64,000 nt of DNA from Macrostomum lignano (Eukaryota), in the NCBI GenBank assembly GCA_002269645.1, contig NIVC01002201.1:270429-334428 (forward strand). Reading direction: 5' to 3'. The notes under the pieces are model-generated. The model did no database searches. It had not been told where the DNA came from and saw only the letters and a program-made list of their open reading frames with translations. Below, piece after piece: positions 22,846 to 36,220 of this stretch (positions within the stretch are counted from its first letter, which is position 1; every line of letters begins with the position of its first letter). The position numbers and the translations under genes were made by a program.

Positions 22846-22943
22846 CTCTGGAATCCTGCAGTTCAACTCTGCCTCCGTGCTCAAGCAGAACTTGCAACAT
22901 CTGAGGACTACCAGTGAAAGCGGCCTGATGCAGAGCTGACATG
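22846..22943 (-). CDS. Caskin: Caskin exon 3 (ankyrin repeat)
   Basis: Not in the ORF track. CCCATTGCAG|C; GMSALHQAAFTGSPQMLQVLLEHGGRVELQDSRG; donor AGAG|GTTTGA; 98 nt, phase 2/1. Confidence 0.92.
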
Positions 22944-23524
22944 CTGCAATGGGACCAGATCGATAAACATAAATTTAGCTTGTTAGAACTTATAAATCTG
23001 TCAGAGAAAGTTGCAGATTTTTATCTGCATAACAGCAGAAGATTTCTGCCCAAACTGTAAAAAAAATACAACGGTTTGAAGGGCCAACCAGAAACCATGG
23101 GGCTGGTAACCAATCCGTTTGCTTGCAAGTCTTTCATTCCTTGGTCTTTTTTCACCATATCATGCGCTTAGGTCTTCAATCTGGATTCTGAGGATTTGAA
23201 AGCTTCATCAACATTAAAACTAAAATTGCATACTGCAAAACTTTTCATTTCTGTCATTTTGAAAATAGAAGCCTGTGTACTTTTAAACTTTTTTTCCTAA
23301 CTGAAATCGGATTGTGACTCGAGAGTGCTAATGGATTTTAGTGAATGCGACTTAGGCATTAAGCTTTGTTCGCTGATGGAGCTGATCGGACCGCTAATGC
23401 AGCTCAATATAGTAATTACTCAGAATTCAAGCCACCGATTTGAAACTGTCTTAAAATAGGTGACAAATTATCACTAAGAATTTATGCCTGCCTTGTATAT
23501 GACTCCGTAAAGCGTGTCAAAAAA

Positions 23525-25795
23525 GTCTCATCATCAATCAGCAGACATCCCATCATCAATCAGCAGATATCTCATCATCAATCAGCTGATATCCCATCAT
23601 CAATCAGCAGATATCTCATCATCAATCAGCAGATATCCCATCATCAATCAGCAGATATCCCATCATCAATCAGCAGATATCTCATCATCAATCAGCAGAT
23701 ATCCCATCATCAATCAGCAGACATCCCATCATCAATCAGCAGATATCCCATCATCAATCAGCAGATATCTAATCATCAATCAGCAGATATCCCATCATCA
23801 ATCAGCAGGCATCCCATCATCAATCAGCAGATATCCCATCATCAATCAGCAGATATCCCATCATCAATCAGCAGATATCCCATCATCAATCAGCAGATAT
23901 CACATCATCAATCAGCAGATATCCCATCATCAATCAGCAGATATCACATCATCAATCAGCAGATATCTAATCATCAATCAGCAGATATCCCATCATCAAT
24001 CAGCAGGCATCCCATCATCAATCAGCAGATATCCCATCATCAATCAGCAGATATCCCATCATCAATCAGCAGACATCCCATCATCAATCAGCAGATATCC
24101 CATCATCAATCAGCAGATATCCCATCATCAATCAGCAGGCATCCCATCATCAATCAGCAGATATCCCATCATCAATCAGCAGATATCCCATCATCAATCA
24201 GCAGATATCCCATCATCAATCAGCAGATATCCCATCATCAATCAGCAGGCATCCCATCATCAATCAGCAGATATCCCATCATCAATCAGCAGATATCCCA
24301 TCATCAATCAGCAGATATCCCATCATCAATCAGCAGATATCCCATCATCAATCAGCAGATATCTCATCATCATTCAGCAGATATCCCATCATCAATCAGC
24401 TGATATCACATCATCAATCAGCAGATATCCCATCATCAATCAGCAGATATCCCATCATCAATCAGCAGATATCCCATCATCAATCAGCAGATATCACATC
24501 ATCAATCAGCTGATATCACATCATCAATCAGCAGATATCCCATCATCAATCAGCAGATATCCCATCATCAATCAGCAGATATCCCATCATCAATCAGCAG
24601 ATATCTAATCATCAATCAGCAGATATCCCATCATCAATCAGCAGACATCCCATCATCAATCAGCAGATATCCCATCATCAATCAGCAGATATCCCATCAT
24701 CAATCAGCAGACATCCCATCATCAATCAGCAGATATCTAATCATCAATCAGCAGGCATCCCATCATCAATCAGCAGGCATCCCATCATCAAGCAGCTAAT
24801 ATACCATCATCAATCAGCAGATATCTCATCATCAATTAGCTGATATCCCATCATCAATACGCAGATTTCCCATCATCAGTCAGCAGATATCCCATCATCA
24901 ATCAGCAGATATCCCATCATCAATCAGCAGATATCCCATCATCAATCAGCAGATATCCCATCATCAATCAGCAGATATCCCATCATCAATCAGCAGATAT
25001 CCCATCATCAATCAGCAGGCATCCCATCATCAATCAGCAGATATCCCATCATCAATCAGCAGATATCCCATCATCAATCAGCAGATATCCCATCATCAAT
25101 CAGCAGATATCCCATCATCAATTAGCTGATATCCCATCATCAATCAGCAGATTTCCCATCATCAATCAGCAGATATCCCATCATCAATCAGCAGATATCC
25201 CATCATCAATCAGCAGATATCCCATCATCAATCAGCAGATATCCCATCATCAATCAGCAGATATCCCATCATCAATTAGCTGATATCCCATCATCAATCA
25301 GCAGATTTCCCATCATCAATCAGCAGATATCCCATCATCAATCAGCAGATATCCCATCATCAATCAGCAGATATCCCATCATCAATCAGCAGATATCCCA
25401 TCATCAATTAGCTGATATCCCATCATCAATCAGCAGATATCTAATCATCAATCAGCAGGCATCCCATCATCAATCAGCAGATATCCCATCATCAATCAGC
25501 AGATATCCCATCATCAATCAGCAGATATCCCATCATCAATCAGCAGATATCCCATCATCAATCAGCAGATATCCCATCATCAATTAGCTGATATCCCATC
25601 ATCAATCAGCAGATATCTAATCATCAATCAGCAGGCATCCCATCATCAATCAGCAGATATCCCATCATCAATCAGCAGATATCCCATCATCAATCAGCAG
25701 ATATCCCATCATCAATCAGCAGATATCACATCATCAATCAGCAGATATCCCATCATCAATCAGCAGATTTCCCATCATCAATCAGCAGATATCCA
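23525..25795. repeat. Minisatellite, 22-bp unit (CATCATCAATCAGCAGATATCC), about 100 copies
   Basis: Period 22 (23881 to 23903); Caskin intron 2. Confidence 0.97.
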
Positions 25796-26389
25796 TGGAT
25801 TTAAGTAATAATATATTTACAAAAATTTTACTAAATATTGCATGCTTCACCACATCACAGCTCTATTAATGCAATGGTTACTGGTTACTTAACTTTTAGC
25901 TGACACTGAAACGAGAAAATGAAACTAGTCAAGAAGCAATATACAGCAGCAGACTGAAGCTGAATGTATATCTAAATATATATATGCAGCTCCCAGCCTC
26001 TCTAGGAAGAAATAATTTAGGGAGAATTCTGTCCATCAGCACTTCCCCATCGGAAAGTCATCATGGAATTCGAGCTATTTTCGATACAAATTCCTCATGG
26101 TTGAAACCATGCAACATCATTGCTGGATGGAAAAAAGAAACACAACAATATGCTTATCCTCGGCGCCACCGAAAATGAAAGTTAAAAGTGGTGTGTGAGT
26201 CACCGGGCCATCCGGGTTGAACTGCTGCTAGAAATACAGGGTCACTACAGAATCTTTTCAACCTTTATTTCGTTTCAATTATTTATATGTATCGGAAAAG
26301 CGCTTCAATTTGTATTGATGCTGGGATTGTGTCTCATCTTTCTAATCTAGTTCTTGACTTTGTCTCCGATATCTATCTCTCACCTGGGA

Positions 26390-29080
26390 TGTCGATCTCC
26401 CATCTCTATCCCATATCAATCTCCCATCTCTATCCCATATCAATCTCCCATCTCTATCCCATATCAATCTCCCATCTCTATCCCATATCAATCCCCCATC
26501 TCTATCCCATATCAATCTCCCATCTCTATCCCATATCAATCTCCCATCTCTATCCCATATCAATCTCCCATCTCTATCCCATATCAATCCCCCATCTCTA
26601 TCCCATATCAATCTCTCATTTATATCCCATATCAATCTCCCATCTCTATCCCATATCAATCTCTCATCTCTATCCCATATCAATCTCCCATCTCTATCCC
26701 ATATCAATCCCCCATCTCTATCCCATATCAATCTCTCATTTATATCCCATATCAATCTCCCATCTCTATCCCATATCAATCTCTCATCTCTATCCCATAT
26801 CAGTCTCTCATCTCTATCCCATATCAATCTCTCATCTCTATCCCATATCAATCTCTCATCTCTACATCATCAATCTCTCATCTCCATCTCATATCAATCT
26901 CTCATCTCTATCCCATATCAATCTCTCATCTCTATCCCATACCAATCTCTCATCTCTATCCCATATCAGTCTCTCATCTCTATCCCATATCAATCTCCCA
27001 TCTCTATCCCATATCAGTCTCTCATCTCTATCCCATATCAATCTCCCATCTCTATCCCATATCAATCTCCCATCTCTATCTCATATCAGTCTCTCATCTC
27101 TATCCCATATCAGTCTCTCATCTCTATCCCATATCAATCTCCCATCTCTATCCCATATCAATCTCTCATCTCTATCCCATATCAATCTCTCATTTATATC
27201 CCATATCAATCTCTCATCTCTATCCCATATCAATCTCCCATCTCTATCCCATATCAATCTCCCATCTCTATCCCATATCAATCTCCCATCTCTATCCCAT
27301 ATCAATCTCCCATCTCTATCCCATATCAATCTCTCATCTCCATCTCATATCAATCTCTCATCTCTATCCCATATCAATCTCCCATCTCTATCCCATATCA
27401 ATCTCTCATCTCCATCTCATATCAATCTCTCATCTCTATCCCATATCAATCTCTCATCTCTATCCCATATCAATCTCCCATCTCTATCCCATATCAGTCT
27501 CTCATCTCTATCCCATATCAATCTCTCATCTCTACATCATCAATCTCTCATCTCCATCTCATATCAATCTCTCATCTCTATCCCATATCAGTCTCTCATC
27601 TCTATCCCATATCAATCTCTCATCTCTATCCCATATCAATCTCTCATCTCTATCCCATATCAATCTCTCATCTCTATCCCATATCAATCTCCCATCTCTA
27701 TCCCATATCAGTCTCTCATCTCTATCCCATATCAATCTCCCATCTCTATCCCATATCAGTCTCTCATCTCTATCCCATATCAATCTCTCATTTATATCCC
27801 ATATCAATCTCTCATCTCCATCTCATATCAATCTCTCATCTCTATCCCATATCAATCTCCCATCTCTATCCCATATCAATCTCTCATCTCTATCCCATAT
27901 CAATCTCTCATTTATATCCCATATCAATCTCTCATCTCTATCCCATATCAATCTCCCATCTCTATCCCATATCAATCTCCCATCTCTATCCCATATCAAT
28001 CTCCCATCTCTATCCCATATCAATCTCTCATCTCTATCCCATATCAATCTCCCATCTCTATCCCATATCAATCTCTCATCTCCATCTCATATCAATCTCT
28101 CATCTCTATCCCATATCAATCTCCCATCTCTATCCCATATCAATCTCTCATCTCCATCTCATATCAATCTCTCATCTCTATCCCATATCAATCTCTCATC
28201 TCTATCCCATATCAATCTCCCATCTCTATCCCATATCAGTCTCTCATCTCTATCCCATATCAATCTCTCATCTCTACATCATCCATCTCTCATCTCCATC
28301 TCATATCAATCTCTCATCTCTATCCCATATCAGTCTCTCATCTCTATCCCATATCAATCTCCCATCTCTATCCCATATCAATCTCTCATCTCTATCCCAT
28401 ATCAATCTCCCATCTCTATCCCATATCAGTCTCTCATCTCTATCCCATATCAATCTCCCATCTCTATCCCATATCAGTCTCTCATCTCTATCCCATATCA
28501 ATCTCCCATCTCTATCCCATATCAGTCTCTCATCTCTATCCCATATCAATCTCTCATCTCTACATCATCAATCTCTCATCTCCATCTCATATCAATCTCT
28601 CATCTCCATCTCATATCAGTCTCTCATCTCCATCTCATATCAATCTCTCATCTCCATCTCATATCAATCTCTCATCTCCATCTCATATCAATCTCTCATC
28701 TCTACATCATCAATCTCTCATCTCCATCTCATATCAATCTCTCATCTCCATCTCATATTAATCTCTCATCTCCATCTCATATCAATCTCTCATCTCCATC
28801 TCATATCAATCTCTCATCTCCATCTCATATCAATCTCTCATCTCCATCTCATATCAATCTCTCATCTCCATCTCATATCAATCTCTCATCTCCATCTCAT
28901 ATCAGTCTTTTATCTCCATCTCATATTAATCTCTCATCTCCATCTCATATTAATCCCTCATCTCCATCTCGTATCAATCTCTCATCTCCATCTCGTATCA
29001 ATCTCTCATCTCCATCTCATATCAGTCTCTTATCTCCATCTCATATCAGTCTCTTATCTCCATCTCATATCAGTCTCTTA
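26390..29080. repeat. Pyrimidine-rich minisatellite, 24-bp unit (CATCTCTATCCCATATCAATCTCC/T), about 110 copies
   Basis: Period 24; composition shifts gradually to CATCTCCATCTCATATCAATCTCT at the right end. Confidence 0.97.
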
Positions 29081-29659
29081 ACCCATCTCATTATAATCTC
29101 AAATCTTTCTACTGCAATAAGCTGAATGTTCGCCAACCAACTGCTCCATCTACTGTACTCAATTAACCTTCATTACACAAGAGCAGCAAGTTGCCACACG
29201 AGAAAAAAAGCAGTCTTACAGAGCTTCTGCAAGGCAGAAAGAGTTCTGCCAAGTCCGTCTTCCAGTAGCCAACTGGAAATGTATTGATCTGTAGAAGCGA
29301 GTAAGTTTGCTCTGGTTGAAGTGTTTCACTGGTTGCTATTCCTCATCTGCCAAGTTAACCCTGTCTTCCTTGCCCGTAAGCAAAAAATTCTCATTCTGCA
29401 GAGTTGGCAAATTTCTATTCATAGTCAATTTTTTTAACGCCTTCCCAGCCCCCATCGTTGCACTTGCGCTCAGGACAGCGCAGGAAGGGTGAAATTCTAG
29501 AGCAAAAAGCAAGCATAAATATGAGCTGTCAATCAGAAGTATTTGCTACAATCCGATTGGCTATGAATGAGCAAGTGGGCACTGGATGAGGTATGTATGC
29601 TAACCTTAGTTGGGAACAGTGAAGTTCTAGTTCTAATCCCTCTGAAGATAGTCTTGTCC

Positions 29660-30165
29660 TCAGTTTAGGCGCCATAGAATTCTCAGTTTAGGCGCCATAG
29701 AATCCTCAGTTTAAGAGCCATAGAATCCTCAGTTTTAGAGCCATAGAATTCTCAGTTTTAGAGCCATAGAATCCTCAGTTTAAGCGCCATAGAATCCTCA
29801 GTTTAAGCGCCATAGAATCCTCAGTTAAAGCGCCATAGAATCCTCAGTTTCAGAGCCATAGAATCCTCAGTTTTAGAGCCATAGAATCCTCAGTTTAAGC
29901 GCCATAGAATCCTCAGTTTTAGAGCCATAGAATCCTCAGTTTTAGAGCCATAGAATCCTCAGTTTTAGAGCCATAGAATCCTCAGTTTTAGAGCCATGGA
30001 ATCCTCAGTTTAAGCGCCATAGAATCCTCAGTTTAAGCGCCATAGAATCCTCAGTTTAAGCGCCATAGAATCCTCAGTTTTAGAGCCATAGAATCCTCAG
30101 TTTTAGAGCCATAGAATCCTCAGTTTTAGAGCCATAGAATTCTCAGTTTTAGAGCCATAGAATTT
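29660..30165. repeat. Minisatellite, 23-bp unit (CCATAGAATCCTCAGTTTTAGAG / ...TTTAAGCG)
   Basis: About 22 tandem copies, two variants. Confidence 0.95.
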
Positions 30166-30599
30166 TACACAACCTACAACCAAAGACTTCTCAGTAACTT
30201 TATCACTGGATTAAGAAGTCCTTAACTGCATCCTTCAACAAAAGCTGAGTTACAACCTGAGTAGCAATGATGCTCACCGAGTCCTGCTGTCTATGGCGCC
30301 ACCCAGCAAGCGAGCCTGGTGACATTTTCTACTATTGCAAACGCAATTACACGGCTTCCTTTTGTTTGCAACCGTGTTGCTGCTGCTGCTGCCGACATTC
30401 CTGGACATGTCAGCTTTGGGAACTGATGGGACGAGTACAGATGAAAAAAATGTGTTGGGAGAGAGAATGAAGTTCAGTGGAGGAAATGATGTGGATAGCT
30501 ATGCAAATAGTTGGAGAATGAATTTTTAGCCAGCAACGGAGAATGAGCTGCGGGAGAGTGCTCAAATATCCTACTCAAAACCACGGTTTCGTCCCCATA

Positions 30600-31340
30600 T
30601 ATGGGAGTTGAAGCCTCATTGCGTGTCCCCGAGGGTTCTCAACCAATGAGGATCTAGCAGGCCTAGAGGATATTGCCAGTACGATCTTCTCCGGGTCTTT
30701 CACACCATCTGCAGACTGCAGGCAAACCGCTAAACAGATCCGTTGAGTGTCATATTTGCTAGGAAAATAAGCTTTACCCGATATAGTCTTAACTGGATCA
30801 CGGAAATATGTTTATCTATCTGAGCTTATTTCAATCTATAAGTTGGAGTATCTGACCCACATAGAACAAACGAATTGTACAAAGGCATGAGTTGTGCTTT
30901 CTAATTTCTGACACAGTTTCTGCTTTCTAGCACTGGCCGCAGGCCAAGCCAAGCCGCAAGTCAATGTTGGCCGACGAATGCTGAACGCTTGGCCCAGTAT
31001 CATTTCATCCCATCCATGCATTTCCTGTGCTTATCTCTGACAATACTCCGCCCAGCGCTATGCCGGCAGCTCTGGCAAGGGCCAGAAACGTCTCCTCCTA
31101 GAGGAGAGCCCCGCAGAGGAACAGGCGATGACAAGGCAATCATTGAAGACTGATGGCGAGGCCTGTAGCCGTAGGGTGTGTCAGAGTCTTAACAGCCCAA
31201 ACAAGATGGATGCAAAGAACGAAAATGGAGAACAAGCATGCAACAGAGAGAAATGAAGCAGAGCCAGCAGGCTGGGTTCAAGGCCAACAGATTAGATCAG
31301 CAGGGTTCGATTTATTGGAATCCGGTTTGAGCAGCTGTTG
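30600..31340 (-). mobile_element. Possible highly degraded RTE-clade non-LTR retrotransposon RT fragment
   Basis: Broken minus-strand frames give SPFSFFASILFGLLR, VFNDCLVIACSS, FLALARAAGIALG, IDLRLGLACGQ and TIRLFYV in the order expected for RTE RT motifs; many stops and shifts; matched from memory only. Confidence 0.3.
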
Positions 31341-31514
31341 AGATGCATGCAGTGCTCATGCAGTTTGAGTCTATAGCTTAAGCCTTGAGTTCACGGCTCC
31401 ATCCTCTACTGAATCGTGAGGTCAAGAAAATCTACTGCGCATAAATTAATATTATGTTAAAAATTTTTTGATGCTTTTACATTTTTATAGAAATTTTTCC
31501 TAGATAATGTCTTA

Positions 31515-32481
31515 TGTTAGACACTGGAGTCTCATCTTAGACACTGGAGTCTCATCTTAAACACTGGAGTCTCATCTTAGACACTGGAGTCTCATCTTAG
31601 ACACTGGAGTCTCATCTTAGACACTCGAGTCTCATCTCAGACACTGGAGTCTCATCTTAGACACTGGAGTCTCATCTTAGACACTGGAGTCTCATCTTAG
31701 ACACTAGAGTCTCATCTTAGACACTGGAGTCTCATCTTAGACACTGGGGTCTCATCTTAGACACTGGAGTCTCATGTTAGACACTGGAGTCTCATCTTAG
31801 ACACTCGAGTCTCATCTTAGACACTGGAGTCTCATCTTAGACACTCGAGTCTCATCTTAGACACTCGAGTCTCATCTCAGACACTGGAGTCTCATCTTAG
31901 ACACTGGGGTCTCATCTTAGACACTGGAGTCTCATCTTAGACACTGGAGTCTCATCTTAGACACTGGAGTCTCATCTTAGACACTGGGGTCTAATCTTAG
32001 ACACTCGAGTCTCATCTTAGACACTGGAGTCTCATCTTAGACACTCGAGTCTCATCTTAGACACTGGGGTCTCATCTTAGACACTGGAGTCTCATGTTAG
32101 ACACTGGGGTCTCATCTTAGACACTGGAGTCTCATCTTAGACACTGGGGTCTCATCTTAGACACTGGAGTCTCATCTTAGACACTGGAGTCTCATCTTAG
32201 ACACTGGAGTCTCATCTTAGACACTGGGGTCTCATCTTAGACACTCGAGTCTCATCTTAGACACTGGAGTCTCATCTTAGACACTCGAGTCTCATCTTAG
32301 ACACTGGGGTCTCATCTTAGACACTGGAGTCTCATCTTAGACACTGGGGTCTCATCTTAGACACTGGAGTCTCATCTTAGACACTGGAGTCTCATCTTAG
32401 ACACTGGAGTCTCATGTTAGACACTGGAGTCTCATCTTAGACACTGGAGTCTCATTTTAGACACTGGAGTCTCATCTTAGA
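31515..32481. repeat. Minisatellite, 20-bp unit A (AGACACTGGAGTCTCATCTT)
   Basis: About 48 copies. Confidence 0.97.
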
Positions 32482-32487
32482 GTTTTG

Positions 32488-33290
32488 TGTTGGCTAGAAG
32501 AGTGTCTTGTTGGATAGAAGAGTCTCGTGTTGGATAGGAGAGTCTCCTGTTGGATAGAAGAGTCTCCTGTTGGATAGAAGAGTCTCCTGTTGGATAGAAG
32601 AGTCTCGTGTTGGATAGAAGAGTCTCGTGTTGGATAGAAGAGTCTCGTGTTGGATAGACGAGTCTCGTGTTGGATAGAAGAGTCTCGTGTTGGATAGAAG
32701 AGTCTCGTGTTGGATAGAAGAGTCTCGTGTTGGATAGAAGAGTCTCATGTTGGATAGAAGAGTCTCGTGTTGGATAGAAGAGTCTCGTGTTGGATAGAAG
32801 AGTCTCATGTTGGATAGAAGAGTCTCGTGTTGGATAGAAGAGTCTCGCGTTTGATAGAAGAGTCTCGTGTTGGATAGAAGAGTCTCGTGTTGGATAGAAG
32901 AGTCTCGTGTTGGATAGAAGAGTCTCGTGTTGGATAGAAGAGTCTCGTGTTGGATAGAAGAGTCTCGTGTTGGATAGAAGAGTCTCGTGTTAGATAGAAG
33001 AGTCTCGTGTTGGATAGAAGAGTCTCGTGTTAGATAGAAGAGTCTCGCGTTTGATAGAAGAGTCTCGTGTTGGATAGAAGAGTCTCGTGTTAGATAGAAG
33101 AGTCTCGTGTTGGATAGAAGAGTCTCGTGTTGGATAGAAGAGTCTCGTGTTGGATAGAAGAGTCTCGTGTTGGATAGAAGAGTCTCCTGTTGGATAGAAG
33201 AGTCTCCTGTTGGATAGAAGAGTCTCTTGTTGGATAGAAGAGTCTCGTGTTGGATAGAAGAGTCTCGTGTTGGATAGACGAGTCTCATAT
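32488..33290. repeat. Minisatellite, 20-bp unit B (GGATAGAAGAGTCTCGTGTT)
   Basis: About 40 copies, abutting unit-A array. Confidence 0.97.
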
Positions 33291-33589
33291 CTGACAAAGT
33301 CACCCTGTCAGCACAAATATAAAATAATGCTTATTAAACCTCAATAGCAGCAGTGGAACGTATAGAATAGAAAGTATAGAATTTCTACAAAAAACAAGTT
33401 CGCAAAAAATTGGAAAACCGCGTGCACCCCGAGCAAAATGAATGCAGACCCACGCTTGCATATTTTACACTGCAGTTGAACAGTCTTAAGCCTGTTTTAA
33501 CGCCACTCATTAGAGTTTTACAGTCTCCCACTTTTCGCGTCCTGTCCCAGTTTTCAGCCAGAGTATGTTTGCAGTCTGGCAGCACTTAC

Positions 33590-33653
33590 CCGTTCCTCAG
33601 CTGCTGGTTCACGCCCAGTCTGTTACGCGACTTCGATGATCCAATTAGGTATT
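33590..33653 (-). CDS. Caskin: Caskin exon 2
   Basis: Not in the ORF track. AAATTCTAG|AA; (K)YLIGSSKSRNRLGVNQQLRNG, similar to Caskin KLLGS.K..NVN.QD..G; donor GG|GTAAGT; 64 nt, phase 1/2 bridges exons 1 and 3 exactly. Confidence 0.85.
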
Positions 33654-33814
33654 CTAGAATTTGAAATAGAAAACCATCATTACGCTGGGGAAAATTTGCT
33701 AAGAGTTTTACTATATATGCTACTGGTGCTAAGTAGAATGTAGCGCTAGTAGTTATACGAGAGGTCGAAAAACACTTGCCCGCGGGCCAGCGAAGCCTCC
33801 CTATCCGGCCATTG

Positions 33815-34090
33815 AGTCCTTCGAGTACTCTTCTCTCTAATCTCCTCTTCTCTCTCCTCTCTACGAGTACTCTTCTCTCTAATCTCCTCTCTCCTCTCTA
33901 CGAGTACTCTTCTCTCTAATCTCCTCTTCTCTCTCCTCTCTACGAGTAATCTTCTCTTTAATCTCCTCTCTCCTCTCACCTCTCTACGAGTACTCTTCTC
34001 TCTAATCTCCTCTTCTCTCTCCTCTCTACGAGTACTCTTCTCTCTAATCTCCTCTTCTCTCTCCTCTCTACGAGTACTCTTCTCTCTACT
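33815..34090. repeat. Pyrimidine-rich repeat, about 35-40-bp unit (CTCTACGAGTACTCTTCTCTCTAATCTCCTCTTCTCTCTC)
   Basis: About 7 copies followed by a CT-rich tract to about 34240. Confidence 0.88.
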
Positions 34091-34596
34091 CTTCGATTCC
34101 TTCTTCCTCTTCTCCTCTTTTCTCCTTCCTCCACTCTCCTCGTTCTTATCTTTTATCTCTCTTCTCTCATCTCATAATCTTATCTCATCTCCTGTCTCAC
34201 ATCTCCTCTCTTCTCTCTTCTCTCTCATTTGCTCTCTTATCTCGATCGCAGCCATCAGCTAGATTCTTCATCTGGCCCTTAAGGTTAAATTTTTTTCCAA
34301 CCCCAGACTGCATTAAAAAAATCGTTAAATATTTGGTCGTCTACAGTATTTAGTCTCAATTTCTACTTCTATGTTTACGAAACACTGAGTGAATTGGAAG
34401 GCCAGCAAAATTAAGCTTAACATGTACTTTTTACCATTTAATAATTGGTCAAGAAATTGACCTTTGGAGTCTCATGCTCCTTCATTCATTCAGCTTCATC
34501 ACTTAGACAAATAGAAGTATATAAAGTAGAATTGAGAAAACCGGAACTCAAGCAAATGGAAATATTAAGAAAGGCAACTAAGAGCGTTGTGCTTCC

Positions 34597-34835
34597 CGCG
34601 GCGCTCTGATGCGCCAGCGGCCCAGGCTCGATTCCAAGTGCAGTCACATTAATTTGGAGCAAAATTGGAATCTCGGCTTGGCTCTGCTCGTGAAATTAAC
34701 GGCCTTGAAGGCCAACCCCCAAGGCACAGTAAAGTGTACATGCCGAACGATAAATAAAGTTAGGGCCGCTGTACACTCCTGTGTGAGTGTGTGCCTGTGC
34801 GTATGACTGCGTACGTATCCGCGCGCTTGTGTGCC
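34597..34835 (+). mobile_element. SINE family A, copy 2 (5'-truncated)
   Basis: CAGCGGCCCAGGCTCGATTCCAAGTGCAGTCACATTAATTTGG... and tail GATAAATAAAGTTAGGGCCGCTGTACACTCCTGTGTGAG match the reverse complement of 16340-16540. Confidence 0.8.
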
Positions 34836-34859
34836 TGCTCAAGGGGGGGGGGGGTTCAC

Positions 34860-35320
34860 AAGATCGAAATTTCACAACTTAGAAAACTACTGCATATTTC
34901 TTGTTATATTAAGTTTTCGACGTTGCGAAATTTCGACCTTAGGAAGTCTCGACCTTGTGAAAGTGTCTGCCATTTAAGTTTTCGATGTTGTGAAATTTCG
35001 ACCTTGTGAAGTTTCGACCTTATGAAGTCTCTTGCTAAAGTGTTCGGTGTTGTGAAATTTCCACCTTGTCAAGTTTCGACCTTGTGAAAGTGTCTGCCAT
35101 TTAAGTTTTCGACGTTGTGAATTATCGACCTTGTGAAAGCACCCCGCTCAGGGGAGTCTAATCTAAAAAATTCATCACAGATAAGCGTGTTACGGTACAA
35201 GGCCATCTTGATCTTCATCACAGGACTTACAGTCTTGACTAAAAAGAGACACTACAAGTACGAGCTATTAACGATATCAAAGCTATTAATAGCTCATTTC
35301 TGGTCGAAATTTCAGTTTGG
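34860..35320. repeat. Degenerate GTGAAATTTCGACCTT motif cluster in both orientations (possible DNA-transposon subterminal repeats)
   Basis: About 11 diverged copies at 34910-35135; inverted copies at about 34862 (GATCGAAATTTCACAAC) and 35301 (GGTCGAAATTTCA). Confidence 0.6.
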
Positions 35321-35789
35321 ATAAGTTTACCACTTCGAAAGGGGTATAAGCTTCATTCCTTCGTTATTACTGTCCTAAAAGAAAAACATGGAAACTACGT
35401 CAACGCATCGTAAAAACTGTAACACAAAACCACCGCCAGACCAATCAGCCCATGTGGTGGTGGCGGTACTGCATCTGCAAGCGTTGGAATGAGAATCGCT
35501 CGCGGACCATGAAGGTTAAAACCCTCGCTAAAAATCCCCTTCACCAGTTGCTAAATTCCTGTCTCCACTCCCACTAAATGAGAAAAGCAGTTTTTTTATC
35601 CCGTGGCCATAGTCGTACACTGCCCGGAAAAACCTTTCTGCCGAGCGTCCGCACGTCAGAGAGGCCCACCCTGACCGGCTCTCTGACCCAATGGATTGAT
35701 GGGATTTCACATGCAGATGGAAATTTCTGCATTTAAGCCACAGCAATCCAGTCGCGATTGTTTCTGAAACTGTTTATAATGAGTCCTAA

Positions 35790-36220
35790 TGGAGTCTCAA
35801 GTTAAACACTGGAGTCTCCTGATAGACACGAGTCTCATGTTAGATAGAAGAGTCTCATGTTAGATAGAAGAGTCTCATGTAAGATAGAAGAGTCTCATGT
35901 TAGATAGAAGAGTCTCATGTTAGACAGAAAAGTCTCATGTTAGACAGAAAAGTCTCATGTTAGACAGAAGAGTCTCATGTTAGACAGAAGAGTCTCATGT
36001 TAGACAGAAAAGTCTCATGTTAGATAGAAGAGTCTCATGTTAGATAGAAGAGTCTCATGTTAGATAGAAGAGTCTCATGTTAGATAGAAAAGTCTCATGT
36101 TAGACAGAAGAGTCTCATGTTAGACAGAAGAGTCTCATGTTAGACACTGTAGTCTCATGTTAGACACTGTAGTCTCATGTTAGACACTGGAGTCTCATGT
36201 TAGACAGAAGAGTCTCATGC
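35790..36220. repeat. Minisatellite, 20-bp unit C (AGATAGAAGAGTCTCATGTT with AGACACTGGAGTCTCATGTT variants)
   Basis: About 21 copies; units are intermediate between arrays A and B. Confidence 0.95.

Noticed and set aside
23514-29125. ORFs of 364-923 aa (HHQSADI, HLYPISIS repeats)
   Set aside because: Stop-free minisatellite frames that swap at indels, located inside Caskin intron 2.
29150-29520. Possible LINE endonuclease fragment on the minus strand
   Set aside because: Only vague similarity with many stops, and it lies on the wrong side of the putative RT fragment to belong to the same element.
31515-33290. Regular short repeats resembling CRISPR arrays (also 21458-21650 and 50055-57480)
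   Set aside because: Units are head-to-tail with no unique spacers, no cas genes are present, and the context is a spliceosomal eukaryotic gene.
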